Assembly (NCBI GenBank): GCA_965603475.1
Contig: CBFDDD010000008.1
Coordinates: 16,176-80,175, forward strand
Direction of reading: 5' to 3'
Length of the DNA stretch: 64,000 bases
Source: an uncultured Myxococcales bacterium
GTDB lineage: Bacteria; Myxococcota_A; UBA9160; UBA4427
Below the pieces are notes generated by a model, which searched no databases, had not been told where the DNA came from, and saw only the letters and a list, made by a program, of their open reading frames with translations. This document shows, one piece after another, positions 8,905 to 18,422 of the stretch; position 1 is the first letter of the stretch; every line of letters starts with the position of its first letter. A program made the position numbers and the translations under genes.

Positions 8905-10188
8905 ATGAGCGCAGTCGATCATTCAGCCGGCCACACTCCCTTTGTGAACGAGCCGTTCGCGCCCACACCGAGCTTGCGATTGGGAGACGTCGACCTTTCT
9001 GATCCCAGGATCTTCGCCGAGGGAGCTCCGCACGAATATTTCCGTGTCCTCCGCGAGCAAGCTCCCGTGTATTGGCAACGCGAGTGCAAGCTGCCAGGCG
9101 TGGCCCTGGGTCCCGGCTATTGGGCGCTCACGCGCTACGAAGACGTCACGTTCGTGTCGAAGAATTCAGCGTTGTTTTCGTCGGAAGAGGGCAGCTGCAT
9201 TCTCAGTGACCTTCCTCGTAAAGATCTCGAGAACATGCGTGAGCAGCTCATCAACATGGATCCGCCGACCCATACTGAGCTTCGGAATTTGATGAACCCA
9301 CACTTCAAGCCCCAAACCATCCGGCATAGCGAAGATCACACGAAGAAGGTCGTATGCGAGACGTTGGATGCGTTGAAGGAGCAGACTGAATGCGATTTCG
9401 TCGACGCGATCTCAGCGCCGATCTCACTGCGGGTCCTCACGAATTTTCTGGGCGTACCCGATAAACACTCGGGTCGGTTCTACAAGTGGACCAATAAACT
9501 GATTGGGGCGAGCGATCCAGACGTCAGCAGCACGCTTCGCGCGCGGCTCGTGGTGCTGGAACTCTTTGTCTACGCAGGCTTTCTCGCCCGCAGGCGGAGA
9601 AAGAAACCCGCGTCCGACGTGTTTTCGAGTCTTGTGAATGGGAAGCTTGGCGGCGTGTCGCTCGAGCGCCTGAAACTCAATATGAACTTCTTCCTGCTCT
9701 TGATTGCGGGCAATGAGACCACTCGGAACGCGCTCTCTGGTGGTGTGCAGGCCCTGTGTGAACATCCGGAGCAATTTGAAAGGCTGCGTGATGATCCCGC
9801 GCTTCTGCCGCAGGCGATCGAAGAGATGCTCCGATGGGTGACGCCTGTGATGCAATTTAGACGCACGGCCACGCGTGACACGACGGTGGGCGGCCAAGCT
9901 ATCCGGAAGGGCGACAAACTCGTGATGTACTACGGCGCCGCGAATCGAGACCCAGCGGTCTTCGAGAACCCGGAGTCCTTTGACATCACCCGAAAGCCGA
10001 ACCCGCATATTGCCTTCGGGACAGGCACCCACTTTTGCATGGGAAGCCACATGGCCCGACTCGAGATGCGGGTCACTCTCGAGGAACTGCTGAGGCGATT
10101 TCCGAAATTGACAATGACAGGTCCACCCGAAAGGCTGCACTCCAACTTCATTAGCGGGATCAAGAGTATGCCGATGAGCCTGGTCTAG
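8905..10188 (+). CDS. Cytochrome P450 (resembles CYP125/124/142-type lipid/steroid oxidases)
   Basis: AGNETT, EEMLR, FGTGTHFCMG heme motif. Confidence 0.95.
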   Translation: MSAVDHSAGHTPFVNEPFAPTPSLRLGDVDLSDPRIFAEGAPHEYFRVLREQAPVYWQRECKLPGVALGPGYWALTRYEDVTFVSKNSALFSSEEGSCILSDLPRKDLENMREQLINMDPPTHTELRNLMNPHFKPQTIRHSEDHTKKVVCETLDALKEQTECDFVDAISAPISLRVLTNFLGVPDKHSGRFYKWTNKLIGASDPDVSSTLRARLVVLELFVYAGFLARRRRKKPASDVFSSLVNGKLGGVSLERLKLNMNFFLLLIAGNETTRNALSGGVQALCEHPEQFERLRDDPALLPQAIEEMLRWVTPVMQFRRTATRDTTVGGQAIRKGDKLVMYYGAANRDPAVFENPESFDITRKPNPHIAFGTGTHFCMGSHMARLEMRVTLEELLRRFPKLTMTGPPERLHSNFISGIKSMPMSLV

Positions 10189-10338
10189 GAGGCGGATCAG
10201 TTTCGCGCATTGAGCCGCGAAGCGACCGAGCGGCATGGCGCAAAGGCGGCGGGATCGAGTCTCCCGAGTCGATGATCCACCCGGCGATCCGTGTGCCATA
10301 CTCGAGGGCGCGACCCGCAATCCAAGGGAGGGATACCC

Positions 10339-10890
10339 ATGAGCGTCCTGTTCGGCCCCGTGATTCAGCAGGGATACGTCGTCCCGGATATCCAGGCGGC
10401 GATGCAGCATTGGATCGCGCGCGGAGTGGGCCCCTTCTACATCGAGAATTTGCGGGGAATCCCGGGCGTCTATCGCGGCGAAGAAGCGAAGTTCAATATC
10501 GATGCCGCGTTCGCCTACTCCGGTGATCAGCAGATCGAAGTCATTCAGCCCCTCGACGACACACCCTCGATCTACAGTCGCTATCTCCACGATTTCAGCA
10601 CCGGAGGCTTGCAGCACCTCGCGGTCTGGGTGGACAGCATCGACGCCAAGCTTGCCGAGCTCGAAGCGGCAGGACGCGCCTACGAGGTCATACAGCGGTA
10701 CGGCGATGGCCACGCTTATCTCGACTCGATCGAATCGCCCGGCGTGATGATTCAACTCATGGCACACAACGAGATCATGGACGAGCTCTTCGACATCATT
10801 CTGCGAGGCTCTGTCGGCTGGGACGGCGAGACGGATCCGATTCGCTCGATTGACTGGTCGACCGGACGCCCAGTCGTGAAGCAGGGCTGA
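10339..10890 (+). CDS. VOC/glyoxalase family protein
   Basis: QQGYVVPD, QIEVIQP, GLQHLAVW; GGAGG RBS. Confidence 0.85.
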   Translation: MSVLFGPVIQQGYVVPDIQAAMQHWIARGVGPFYIENLRGIPGVYRGEEAKFNIDAAFAYSGDQQIEVIQPLDDTPSIYSRYLHDFSTGGLQHLAVWVDSIDAKLAELEAAGRAYEVIQRYGDGHAYLDSIESPGVMIQLMAHNEIMDELFDIILRGSVGWDGETDPIRSIDWSTGRPVVKQG

Positions 10891-10899
10891 GAGCGCGGC

Positions 10900-12861
10900 A
10901 TGGGACGATATGATGCCCTCTTCGAGCCGCTCCGAGTCGGACCCATCACCCTGCCCAACCGGATTGTGCGTTCCCCCCATGGCACGGGTCTCAGTGGTGA
11001 GGGGCTGATCGCCTATCACGAAGCCAGAGCGCGCGGCGGCGTGGGGATGTCGACCCTCGAAGCGACGAGCGTGCACCCGAGTGCGCCGGGGCGGCTCGCA
11101 CTCTGGAACGACAGCTGTCTGCCTTTCCTGGAGGAGATCGCTTCGCGAATCCGCCCAACCGGCATGAAGCTGCTGATCCAGCTCTATCACCCGGGCGCCG
11201 GCTATACGGCCGAAGCCGGCATGCCGGAGCACTGGTCGGCCAGCGCCGTCCCGAATCCCATGGCTGGCGTCGTACCGATCGCCATGACAGAATCGATGAT
11301 TGCCGACGTGGTCGAACATTTCGCCGCGGCCGCGCGGCGCTGCCGGGATGCCGGCCTCGACGGCGTCGACATCCATGCGTCGAGCGGATACCTGATCCAC
11401 GAGTTCCTCTCGCCGGCCCTCAACAAGCGCACCGACCGTTATGGCGGCACTTTAGAGAACCGGCTTCGCTTCCTGAACGAAGTGATCGCCGCCGTTCGGA
11501 ATGCCGTGCGCGATAGCGACTTTGCAGTCGGTGTACGCCTACCGAACGAGGACTACGTACCGGGTGGGCTCACCGCGCAGGACAACGCCGAAATTGCTGA
11601 GGCGGTCGATGCGGACGTTGACTACGTTTCGCTGCATATGGGCGCCTACTGGCGATTTCACAAGCTGATCGCGCCCGCTGACGACCCGCTCGGCGTCGAA
11701 ATGCCGGCCAACGAGATCGTTGCGCATAGCCTCGAGAGCCCCGTCATGGTCGTCGGACGCATCATGACACTCGATCACGCAAAACATATCGTCGAGTCGG
11801 GTGCCGCCCAGATGGTTTCGATGGTGCGTGCGCTGATTGCAGACCCCGAGCTCGTCAACAAATCCAGACAGCATGACGAGGACCAGATTCGGCCTTGTAT
11901 TGGCACCAACATGGGATGCGTCGGGCAGCTGATGACACGCGGTCAGATTAGTTGCGTCGTCAACCACTCGGCTGCTCGCGAGAATGTTCGGTCCTTCGAG
12001 CCGGGTGATCGAGTGGCGTCCGCGAAGAACATCATGATCGTCGGCGGCGGGCCGGCGGGCCTCGAGTTCGCCCGCACCGCCGCGATTCGCGGCCACCACG
12101 TCGAGCTCTTCGAAGCCTTGCCGCGGCTCGGAGGCCAGGTGGCCCTGGCCGCCAGCGCGCCACATCGCGCCGACGTGGGTGAGATCACCAACTGGCTCGA
12201 GCGCGAGATCGATCGACTGGGCGTGAAGGTAAATCTCAGCACACCGGTCGACGCGTCTATGGTGGCAGAGTCGAACCCCGACGAGGTGGTGATCGCGACG
12301 GGCTCGACGCCGCGATCGGATGGTTTTCAGCTCTTGACACCCGCGACGCCAATCCCCGGATTCGACAGGCCCCACGTCCACACGAGTTGGACGCTCTTTG
12401 GCGTCGGCCGGGCCCCGGCCGCGCTGGATGGACCGGCACTGATCTACGACGACACCGGATCGTTCGAAGCCATCTCAGCGGCAGACGTACTGCTCCGGGC
12501 AGGCGCGAAGGTGACGCTCGTTTCGCGATTCGACGGCATTGGAAGCGCGCTTCCCTATCCCCCAGTGACCGCGGGTGCGGCTCGCGAGCGGCTCTACGCT
12601 GGCGACTTCGACTTCATTGGGGGCCACTACATTCGCGGTATCACCGAAGATGCGGTGGAGCTCGGCGTGCAATACACGACGCGAACGCGCCGCGTGGACG
12701 CGAGTCTGGTCGTTCTCGTCGGCTTCAACGAGCCCAACCGTGAGTTGGCCCAGGAACTGAACACGGGGTCCGTTGCCCATCACCTGATCGGCGATGTGCG
12801 CGGGCGGAACAGCCTGATGAGTGCCATCCACGCGGGTGCGTCGCTCGGCCGAACGATTTGA
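10900..12861 (+). CDS. NADH:flavin oxidoreductase (OYE TIM barrel plus Fe-S/FAD domains; FadH/BaiCD-like)
   Basis: PNRIV, ARARGG, HASSGYLIHEFLSP, NKRTDRYGG, VGGGPAG. Confidence 0.92.
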   Translation: MGRYDALFEPLRVGPITLPNRIVRSPHGTGLSGEGLIAYHEARARGGVGMSTLEATSVHPSAPGRLALWNDSCLPFLEEIASRIRPTGMKLLIQLYHPGAGYTAEAGMPEHWSASAVPNPMAGVVPIAMTESMIADVVEHFAAAARRCRDAGLDGVDIHASSGYLIHEFLSPALNKRTDRYGGTLENRLRFLNEVIAAVRNAVRDSDFAVGVRLPNEDYVPGGLTAQDNAEIAEAVDADVDYVSLHMGAYWRFHKLIAPADDPLGVEMPANEIVAHSLESPVMVVGRIMTLDHAKHIVESGAAQMVSMVRALIADPELVNKSRQHDEDQIRPCIGTNMGCVGQLMTRGQISCVVNHSAARENVRSFEPGDRVASAKNIMIVGGGPAGLEFARTAAIRGHHVELFEALPRLGGQVALAASAPHRADVGEITNWLEREIDRLGVKVNLSTPVDASMVAESNPDEVVIATGSTPRSDGFQLLTPATPIPGFDRPHVHTSWTLFGVGRAPAALDGPALIYDDTGSFEAISAADVLLRAGAKVTLVSRFDGIGSALPYPPVTAGAARERLYAGDFDFIGGHYIRGITEDAVELGVQYTTRTRRVDASLVVLVGFNEPNRELAQELNTGSVAHHLIGDVRGRNSLMSAIHAGASLGRTI

Positions 12862-12928
12862 GTCTGGGTCGTGTCCCAGGCCGGCATGCCGCCGACAAGC
12901 GATGTCATGCGGACTTCAGGAGACCGAC

Positions 12929-13609
12929 TTGAGCGGCGATGAATTCGAAGGCCGTCTGATCCAGACCTTCACTGTGCGATGGCTGATCCTTCTGCTGGGC
13001 GTGCCAGTAACGTACGCCATCGTCCGGTACCACGTCTTTTCGGGAATTGACTGGTCGCATTTTCCACTCTTCATCGCCAATAAGGGCGTCTCACTCTCCG
13101 CCGTCTTCTTCATCGCGACCTCCTATCTGATCGGCAAGACCGTCCGCGCCTATGAAAGCGATTCCGAAAAGCAACTGATCCTGATCAAGTTCTGTGGTCT
13201 GATCGGATTCTCTCTGGCTTCGATTCATGCGCTGATGTCGCTCCTGCTGATCTCTCCTGCCTACTACCCCAAATTCTTTCTCGACTCCGGGAAGATGAAT
13301 CTCATCGGCGAGTCGACCATGGTCTTCGGCATCTTGAGTATGTGGTGCCTTGCGGTCACAGCGATCACTTCGTTGCCCTTCATGTACGACGCGGTCGGCG
13401 CCGAACGCTGGCAACGGGGGCAACGAATGGGTTACCTCTCACTTTCGCTTGCGGCCGGGCACGTACTCGTGATGGGCTATTCGGGCTGGCTCACACCTGG
13501 ACACTGGCATGCCGGACTGCCGCCCGTTTCGCTCGTGGCCTTCGCTGCGGCGATGGTGCCACTGCTCGTCAAAATCTTTGCAAACGTAACGAGAGCCCGA
13601 ACGACATAG
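12929..13609 (+). CDS. STEAP/ferric-reductase-like heme-binding transmembrane protein
   Basis: AGGAGA then TTG; about 6 TM segments; PLFIANK, ASIHALMS, ITSLP, W..GQRMGY, AAGHVLVMG. Confidence 0.65.
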   Translation: MSGDEFEGRLIQTFTVRWLILLLGVPVTYAIVRYHVFSGIDWSHFPLFIANKGVSLSAVFFIATSYLIGKTVRAYESDSEKQLILIKFCGLIGFSLASIHALMSLLLISPAYYPKFFLDSGKMNLIGESTMVFGILSMWCLAVTAITSLPFMYDAVGAERWQRGQRMGYLSLSLAAGHVLVMGYSGWLTPGHWHAGLPPVSLVAFAAAMVPLLVKIFANVTRARTT

Positions 13610-13655
13610 TCCAGCCCGGGGTATTGTGACGATCTTCCAGAGGAATCGACCTGGG

Positions 13656-14426
13656 TCAGCCGGGCAGGCCGATCGTCATCCCGCCGTCTACGACCATCTC
13701 GGCTCCGGTGATGTAGACACTCTCGTCCGAGGCGAGGTAGACGGCCATGTTCCCGATGTCGCGCGCGGGGTCTCCGAGCTGACCGAGGGGGAGCGTTCGT
13801 TCGAGCTGCGCTCGCATTGCGGCCCGGTCGGGAACCGCGGCAAAGAGTGGATCCATGATGGGTGTATCGATGATGCCCGGATGGATCGAATTGCAACGGA
13901 TGCTGTGGGGAGCGATTTCGAGTGCCACGGATTTCGTCAACAGGCGAACTCCGCCTTTGCTCGAGCTGTAGGCGGCGCCACCAATTTGCCCGCGCAGTCC
14001 GACGACCGAAGAGAGATTGATGATCGAGCCGGACGGGCCACCCGGATTCGACTTCATTGCCCGAACGCCATGCTTGCAGCCAAGAAAGACACCTGTGAGG
14101 TTCACATCGATGACATTCTGCCATTGCTCGATCGGCGTTTCGTCAACCGGACAGGACGTGAAGATGCCGGCGTTGTTCACCAGGACGTCGAGCCGCCCAT
14201 AGCGACTGTGTACTTCCGCCAGTGTGGACTCCCAGTCCGCTTCCTGGGAGACGTCTTGCTGGAGGGACTGCGCGCCGATTCGCTCTGCGACCTCGGCGAC
14301 AGCCTCGCCATCGATGTCGGTGATCAGAACCTGGGCGCCGTTGTCGACGAAGCGCTCCGCCGTAGCGGCGCCGAGCCCGGAAGCCCCGCCCGTGATCAAT
14401 CCGACTTTCCCCTCGAGCCTAGTCAT
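13656..14426 (-). CDS. SDR oxidoreductase (hydroxysteroid/cyclic alcohol dehydrogenase-like)
   Basis: TGGASGLG, NNAG, YSSSK, IRCNSIHPG. Confidence 0.93.
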   Translation of the reverse strand: MTRLEGKVGLITGGASGLGAATAERFVDNGAQVLITDIDGEAVAEVAERIGAQSLQQDVSQEADWESTLAEVHSRYGRLDVLVNNAGIFTSCPVDETPIEQWQNVIDVNLTGVFLGCKHGVRAMKSNPGGPSGSIINLSSVVGLRGQIGGAAYSSSKGGVRLLTKSVALEIAPHSIRCNSIHPGIIDTPIMDPLFAAVPDRAAMRAQLERTLPLGQLGDPARDIGNMAVYLASDESVYITGAEMVVDGGMTIGLPG

Positions 14427-14919
14427 AGCGGGTTCTCCAGTGTGTGTTCGTTTGGTGTTCGCCGTTTTGGCGATCGGCCTATGGCCGTGACGACAGGATA
14501 GACAGTATTCGATTCCCTCCGAACTCTCTTTTGACGCGTCGAGTCTGCTGCCACCCGCGGGACGTTGATCGTCGATGATGATTGCTACCAGAATAACTTC
14601 ACGGGTATCGGCTTCTCCTGCACGGTCGGTCTCACCTCCGCATCAACGTCAATCCCCGCCTGCTTTGGCCCTGCCGAGGTTTCAGGAAGGGGCGAAATGG
14701 CATTGCTGCTTTTCCTCGCGCCAATCGTTCATGCCAGGCCGGCCCGGAGTCGCTTGGAAATTCGCGCAGCCCGAGTTGAGGCCGCAATCGGGTGAGCACG
14801 TCCCATTCGAGGCTTGATTGTCATACCATTCTTTGGCGGCACTGTGGAAGAAGTCGCTTGAATTGCCTATCAACGTTCTACGTTCCGACGAGAACGCGAC
14901 GAACTGGGAGATAATCGAC

Positions 14920-15606
14920 ATGTCGAGAATTTTGATTGCGGGTGCGAGCCGCGGAATTGGTCTGGAACTCGCGAAACAACTTGCGGCGAACGGAGATGAT
15001 GTCGTGGCCTGCGTGAGAAGCGCAGCCGAAGCCAAGTTGCTCGACGAGGTTGCGAACGGCGCCGCGAATATCAGCGTGGAAGAGATGGATCTTGGTGATG
15101 CAGCATCGATCGACGCGGCGGCCGCGAAGATTTCAGGAGCGTTGGATGCCGTTCTGGTCGTTGCCGGGGCCAAGGGAGGCGAGGCCCAGAGTATCGACGA
15201 CGTCGATATTGAAGAGTGGCATCGCTCACTCGACATCAATACGATTGGACCCCTGTTAGTCGCACGTGCTTTCAAGCCCCATCTGGTCGAATCGGGCGAC
15301 GGCAAGCTGATGATTCTCACCAGCCAGCTCGCTGCATCGACCTGGCCGATGGGCGGGATGTATATCTATTCGACGACGAAGGCCGGCGTCAGCAAGGTCG
15401 GACAGAATCTCGCGCTCGATTGGAAGGAAGATCCGATCACGATCGCACTCATGCATCCGGGTTGGGTCAAGACCGACATGGGCGGGCCCTACGCGAATCT
15501 GCCGGTCGAGGACAGCGCCTCGGGAATCATCAGTGTTCTGTCAGGGCTCACGAAGGAGGACTCTGGAAAGTTCTTCAAGTGGAATGGCGAAGCCCATCCC
15601 TGGTAG
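14920..15606 (+). CDS. SDR oxidoreductase (CsgA/sniffer-like subgroup)
   Basis: GASRGIG, YSTTK, HPGWVKTDMGG. Confidence 0.9.
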   Translation: MSRILIAGASRGIGLELAKQLAANGDDVVACVRSAAEAKLLDEVANGAANISVEEMDLGDAASIDAAAAKISGALDAVLVVAGAKGGEAQSIDDVDIEEWHRSLDINTIGPLLVARAFKPHLVESGDGKLMILTSQLAASTWPMGGMYIYSTTKAGVSKVGQNLALDWKEDPITIALMHPGWVKTDMGGPYANLPVEDSASGIISVLSGLTKEDSGKFFKWNGEAHPW

Positions 15607-15611
15607 GGGAT

Positions 15612-16148
15612 TCAGGGAGTTCCCGTAGCAGGCCCTAGAAAGGCTGAGTCACCGGGTTGCCAGAGTTCGTGCGCGCGACGCCATCCGGCGAATGCCCCGA
15701 GGATGTTCGGCGGATCGCCGTGAATCTCCGTGAAGCCGCCGTTGACGTTTCGCGTGTCGAAATAGGCGGCATCGACACCATCCGCGTAGAGACGTGTGGC
15801 GCATTCGAAGCCCAGCTTCTCGAGCCGCTGAAACTCGCCTTCGAAGTCGTGTACGAGTACGGCGACGTGATGGAAACCCTCTTCTCCAGCGGCATACATG
15901 TCGCGGTAGATCGAGGGTGTGTCGTCGTGCTGCACGATGAACTGGATCATCATCTCGCCGAGATAACCAAAGGCGTAGGATACGTCGGCCTCATGGTCCG
16001 TACCGCGATACTCGAATCGATCGGTCTTGTGATGATGTGTTCGAATGAAGGGCCCCGCCCGAAAGAGCTCATTCCATCGCAGGATCGCAGCATCGAGATC
16101 GTTGACGAGATAGGCCTCCTGGAAGAGTGGGTATCTGTCGAGTGTCAT
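15612..16148 (-). CDS. VOC/glyoxalase family protein
   Basis: QEAYLVND, PSIYRD, GFHHVAV; similar to 10339-10890. Confidence 0.85.
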   Translation of the reverse strand: MTLDRYPLFQEAYLVNDLDAAILRWNELFRAGPFIRTHHHKTDRFEYRGTDHEADVSYAFGYLGEMMIQFIVQHDDTPSIYRDMYAAGEEGFHHVAVLVHDFEGEFQRLEKLGFECATRLYADGVDAAYFDTRNVNGGFTEIHGDPPNILGAFAGWRRAHELWQPGDSAFLGPATGTP

Positions 16149-16153
16149 GATTT

Positions 16154-17722
16154 CTAGGCCTTGCGAGTCTTCGGCGCCTTTTCGCTGGACAGCCACTTCT
16201 CGAGCGTCTGATGGAAATGCCGAATCTTGGTTTCCTGGTAGCTCGCGAAGATGGTCTCGCGTTTGGGATGCGAATGCAGACCCTTCTGCACCATCGCGTG
16301 GTTGACGCAGTCCTGATTGAAGATCTTGGCGAGATTGCTTCCGATCTGCGGGGCCTCCGTATAGTCGTCGTCTAGATCGAGGAAGGTCAGCTTGGCCGGT
16401 TCGGGGGGATCCACACCTTCGGGTAGCGGAATCATGTACATCACCTCGTGAAGCGACTGTTCGGGATTGTTTCCGTCGGGTCGGAACCGGTAGAAGATCG
16501 GATTGAAGTCGGCCCAGGGGCTAAGGTTGGGGAAGACTGAATAGTAGATCGCGTCATTCAGGTCGGCGTCGCTGATGCTGTCGACGGAGTCTCCATACTG
16601 AGGTCGCATCTGCTCGCGTCTCGCCCGAGCGGTGCCATCGCGGTACGCCCTCAAGGATTCGGTCGGATAATCCATCGGCATGTCTTCATCGCCGGGGACG
16701 ATCTTCCCACCCACCCAATCACACATTTGGATGTCAGCGGACTTGACATCGCCGCTGATGTACTCCGCCTTCTGTGTGAATAGGCCCTGCTTGCCGTCCG
16801 GGGCGGTGACCTCCACTTCGTTCTCGGCGAGTCGCTTGTAGACGTGGCCGCTGATCAGATGCTTCAGACTCTGAAAGGCCTTGCCGTCAGGGTAGGTCGA
16901 CATGTCGGGGGTCGTGCCTCCCGTATGGGGACTGGCCGTTCCCGAGGCGGACATAGCACGAGAGACGTTGCCAAAGACGTCGTATTTGGAGTTGACGTCA
17001 CAGAACGATCCCAGCAATTCCGGATGCGTGGCGATCACGTGATAGGATTCCATGAAAGCCTCCTGTGCCACCTTCCAGTTGCAGGGGAGTCGCTTGATCA
17101 GGTGCGCGGCTTTGAAGCGCCGCTCGAAAGGAACGCTGAAGTGGCGATCGAAGTCGCCCAGGAAGTCTCCGAGGGGTTCACAGTCTGGATCTGGGTTGAT
17201 GAAGACGAAGCCACCCCAATGCCCGACCTTCACTTCCGGAAGTGAGTACTCTTCTTCGGTCACCGTTGGAAAATCCCAGTGTCCAGGAACCTCTTTCAGC
17301 TTTCCATTGATTTCCCACGACCAACCGTGGAATGGACATCGAAATGTCTTGAGCTCCTTGCGATGGTTGTCGCAGAGGGCTCGACCTCGATGCAGGCAGG
17401 CGTTCGGGAAGGCTTTGACCTCGTCCTCTGAAACGCGGACGACGATGAAGGAAAGCTCTGCGATGTCGTAGACGTGTGTATCTCCGATATTGGGGATATC
17501 GGATTCGTGGCAAGCCATCTGCCAAACCCGCTTCCACAACATCTCGACTTCCCGGTCGTGCTCTTGCTTCGAGTAGTAGCGGTCTGCAGCAACGGTGGTG
17601 ACGCCGGGTTCGAGGGGCGAGTCCTCCAGATAGACGGCGGGCGGCGGCACAGAATCGCCCCCGAGGATGTCGTTGTAGGAGATGCCGTTCGAGCGGTCAT
17701 GCCCCGTCTTCGTCTCTACCAT
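16154..17722 (-). CDS. Rieske non-heme iron oxygenase alpha subunit
   Basis: CLHRG..CPFHGW Rieske motif; ESYHVIATH mononuclear iron site; GGAGA before ATG 17722. Confidence 0.93.
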   Translation of the reverse strand: MVETKTGHDRSNGISYNDILGGDSVPPPAVYLEDSPLEPGVTTVAADRYYSKQEHDREVEMLWKRVWQMACHESDIPNIGDTHVYDIAELSFIVVRVSEDEVKAFPNACLHRGRALCDNHRKELKTFRCPFHGWSWEINGKLKEVPGHWDFPTVTEEEYSLPEVKVGHWGGFVFINPDPDCEPLGDFLGDFDRHFSVPFERRFKAAHLIKRLPCNWKVAQEAFMESYHVIATHPELLGSFCDVNSKYDVFGNVSRAMSASGTASPHTGGTTPDMSTYPDGKAFQSLKHLISGHVYKRLAENEVEVTAPDGKQGLFTQKAEYISGDVKSADIQMCDWVGGKIVPGDEDMPMDYPTESLRAYRDGTARARREQMRPQYGDSVDSISDADLNDAIYYSVFPNLSPWADFNPIFYRFRPDGNNPEQSLHEVMYMIPLPEGVDPPEPAKLTFLDLDDDYTEAPQIGSNLAKIFNQDCVNHAMVQKGLHSHPKRETIFASYQETKIRHFHQTLEKWLSSEKAPKTRKA

Positions 17723-17907
17723 CGTCGATCTCCATGTCCGCCAGGAAGCAGCTGTTGAAACTCTAGTATCTCCAGGGGCAGCCGCCCACCGAATTCCCGA
17801 GAGGGCCGATTGAGCGCGCCGTCCGAATTCGCGAGACTCTAAGTCTTGATTCCAATCGGTTCGCGCCTCAGCGATCCGAGTGAACGCAACCAGGAGACCG
17901 AAGGACC

Positions 17908-18342
17908 ATGAGCCGGAGTGAAGATATTCTCGAGATTCAGATGCTTGCCCAGCGATATGCCGATGCCGTGATGCGCCATGATGCCGAAGATTGGTCGGCT
18001 TGTTGGGCCGCGGAAGGGCAGTGGTACCTGGGCATGCCGGAGCCCATGAAGGGACGTGACGCGATCGTGGCCGCCTGGAAGGGTGCGATGGCAGGCTTTC
18101 CCTTCGCAGTCTTTCTTGTGCAGCCGGGGATCGTCGAAGTCGACGGAGCCTCCGGCAAGATGAAATCATACGTCGAAGAGATTCTCGAGGACAATGACGG
18201 AAACGCAGTTCGCGTCTATGGCGTCTATGATGACGACGTGGTTCGTGAAGACGGTGCTTGGAGATTCTTGGTGCGTCGATATAACGTTCTCTACAGGGGG
18301 GCGATCGAGTTGGCTGGCGACAAAACGGGTTATCGGGGCTGA
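17908..18342 (+). CDS. NTF2-like/SnoaL family protein
   Basis: IQMLAQRYADAV, GRDAI, GVYDDDVVREDGAWRF. Confidence 0.88.
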   Translation: MSRSEDILEIQMLAQRYADAVMRHDAEDWSACWAAEGQWYLGMPEPMKGRDAIVAAWKGAMAGFPFAVFLVQPGIVEVDGASGKMKSYVEEILEDNDGNAVRVYGVYDDDVVREDGAWRFLVRRYNVLYRGAIELAGDKTGYRG

Positions 18343-18422
18343 TCGTCGCCTCGCCTGCCATATCGAGTGGGATTAGACCGGCGAGAACCGGGGCCTTCGA
18401 AGCGGATGTGACAAGGAAAAAC

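Noticed and set aside
9424-11400. 658-aa minus-strand ORF
   Set aside because: Antisense to three well-supported genes; typical high-GC shadow frame
13626-14501. 291-aa plus-strand ORF
   Set aside because: Antisense to a clear SDR gene
14920-15606. Calling this gene myxobacterial csgA (C-signal)
   Set aside because: The SDR subgroup is broad and orthology cannot be shown from motifs
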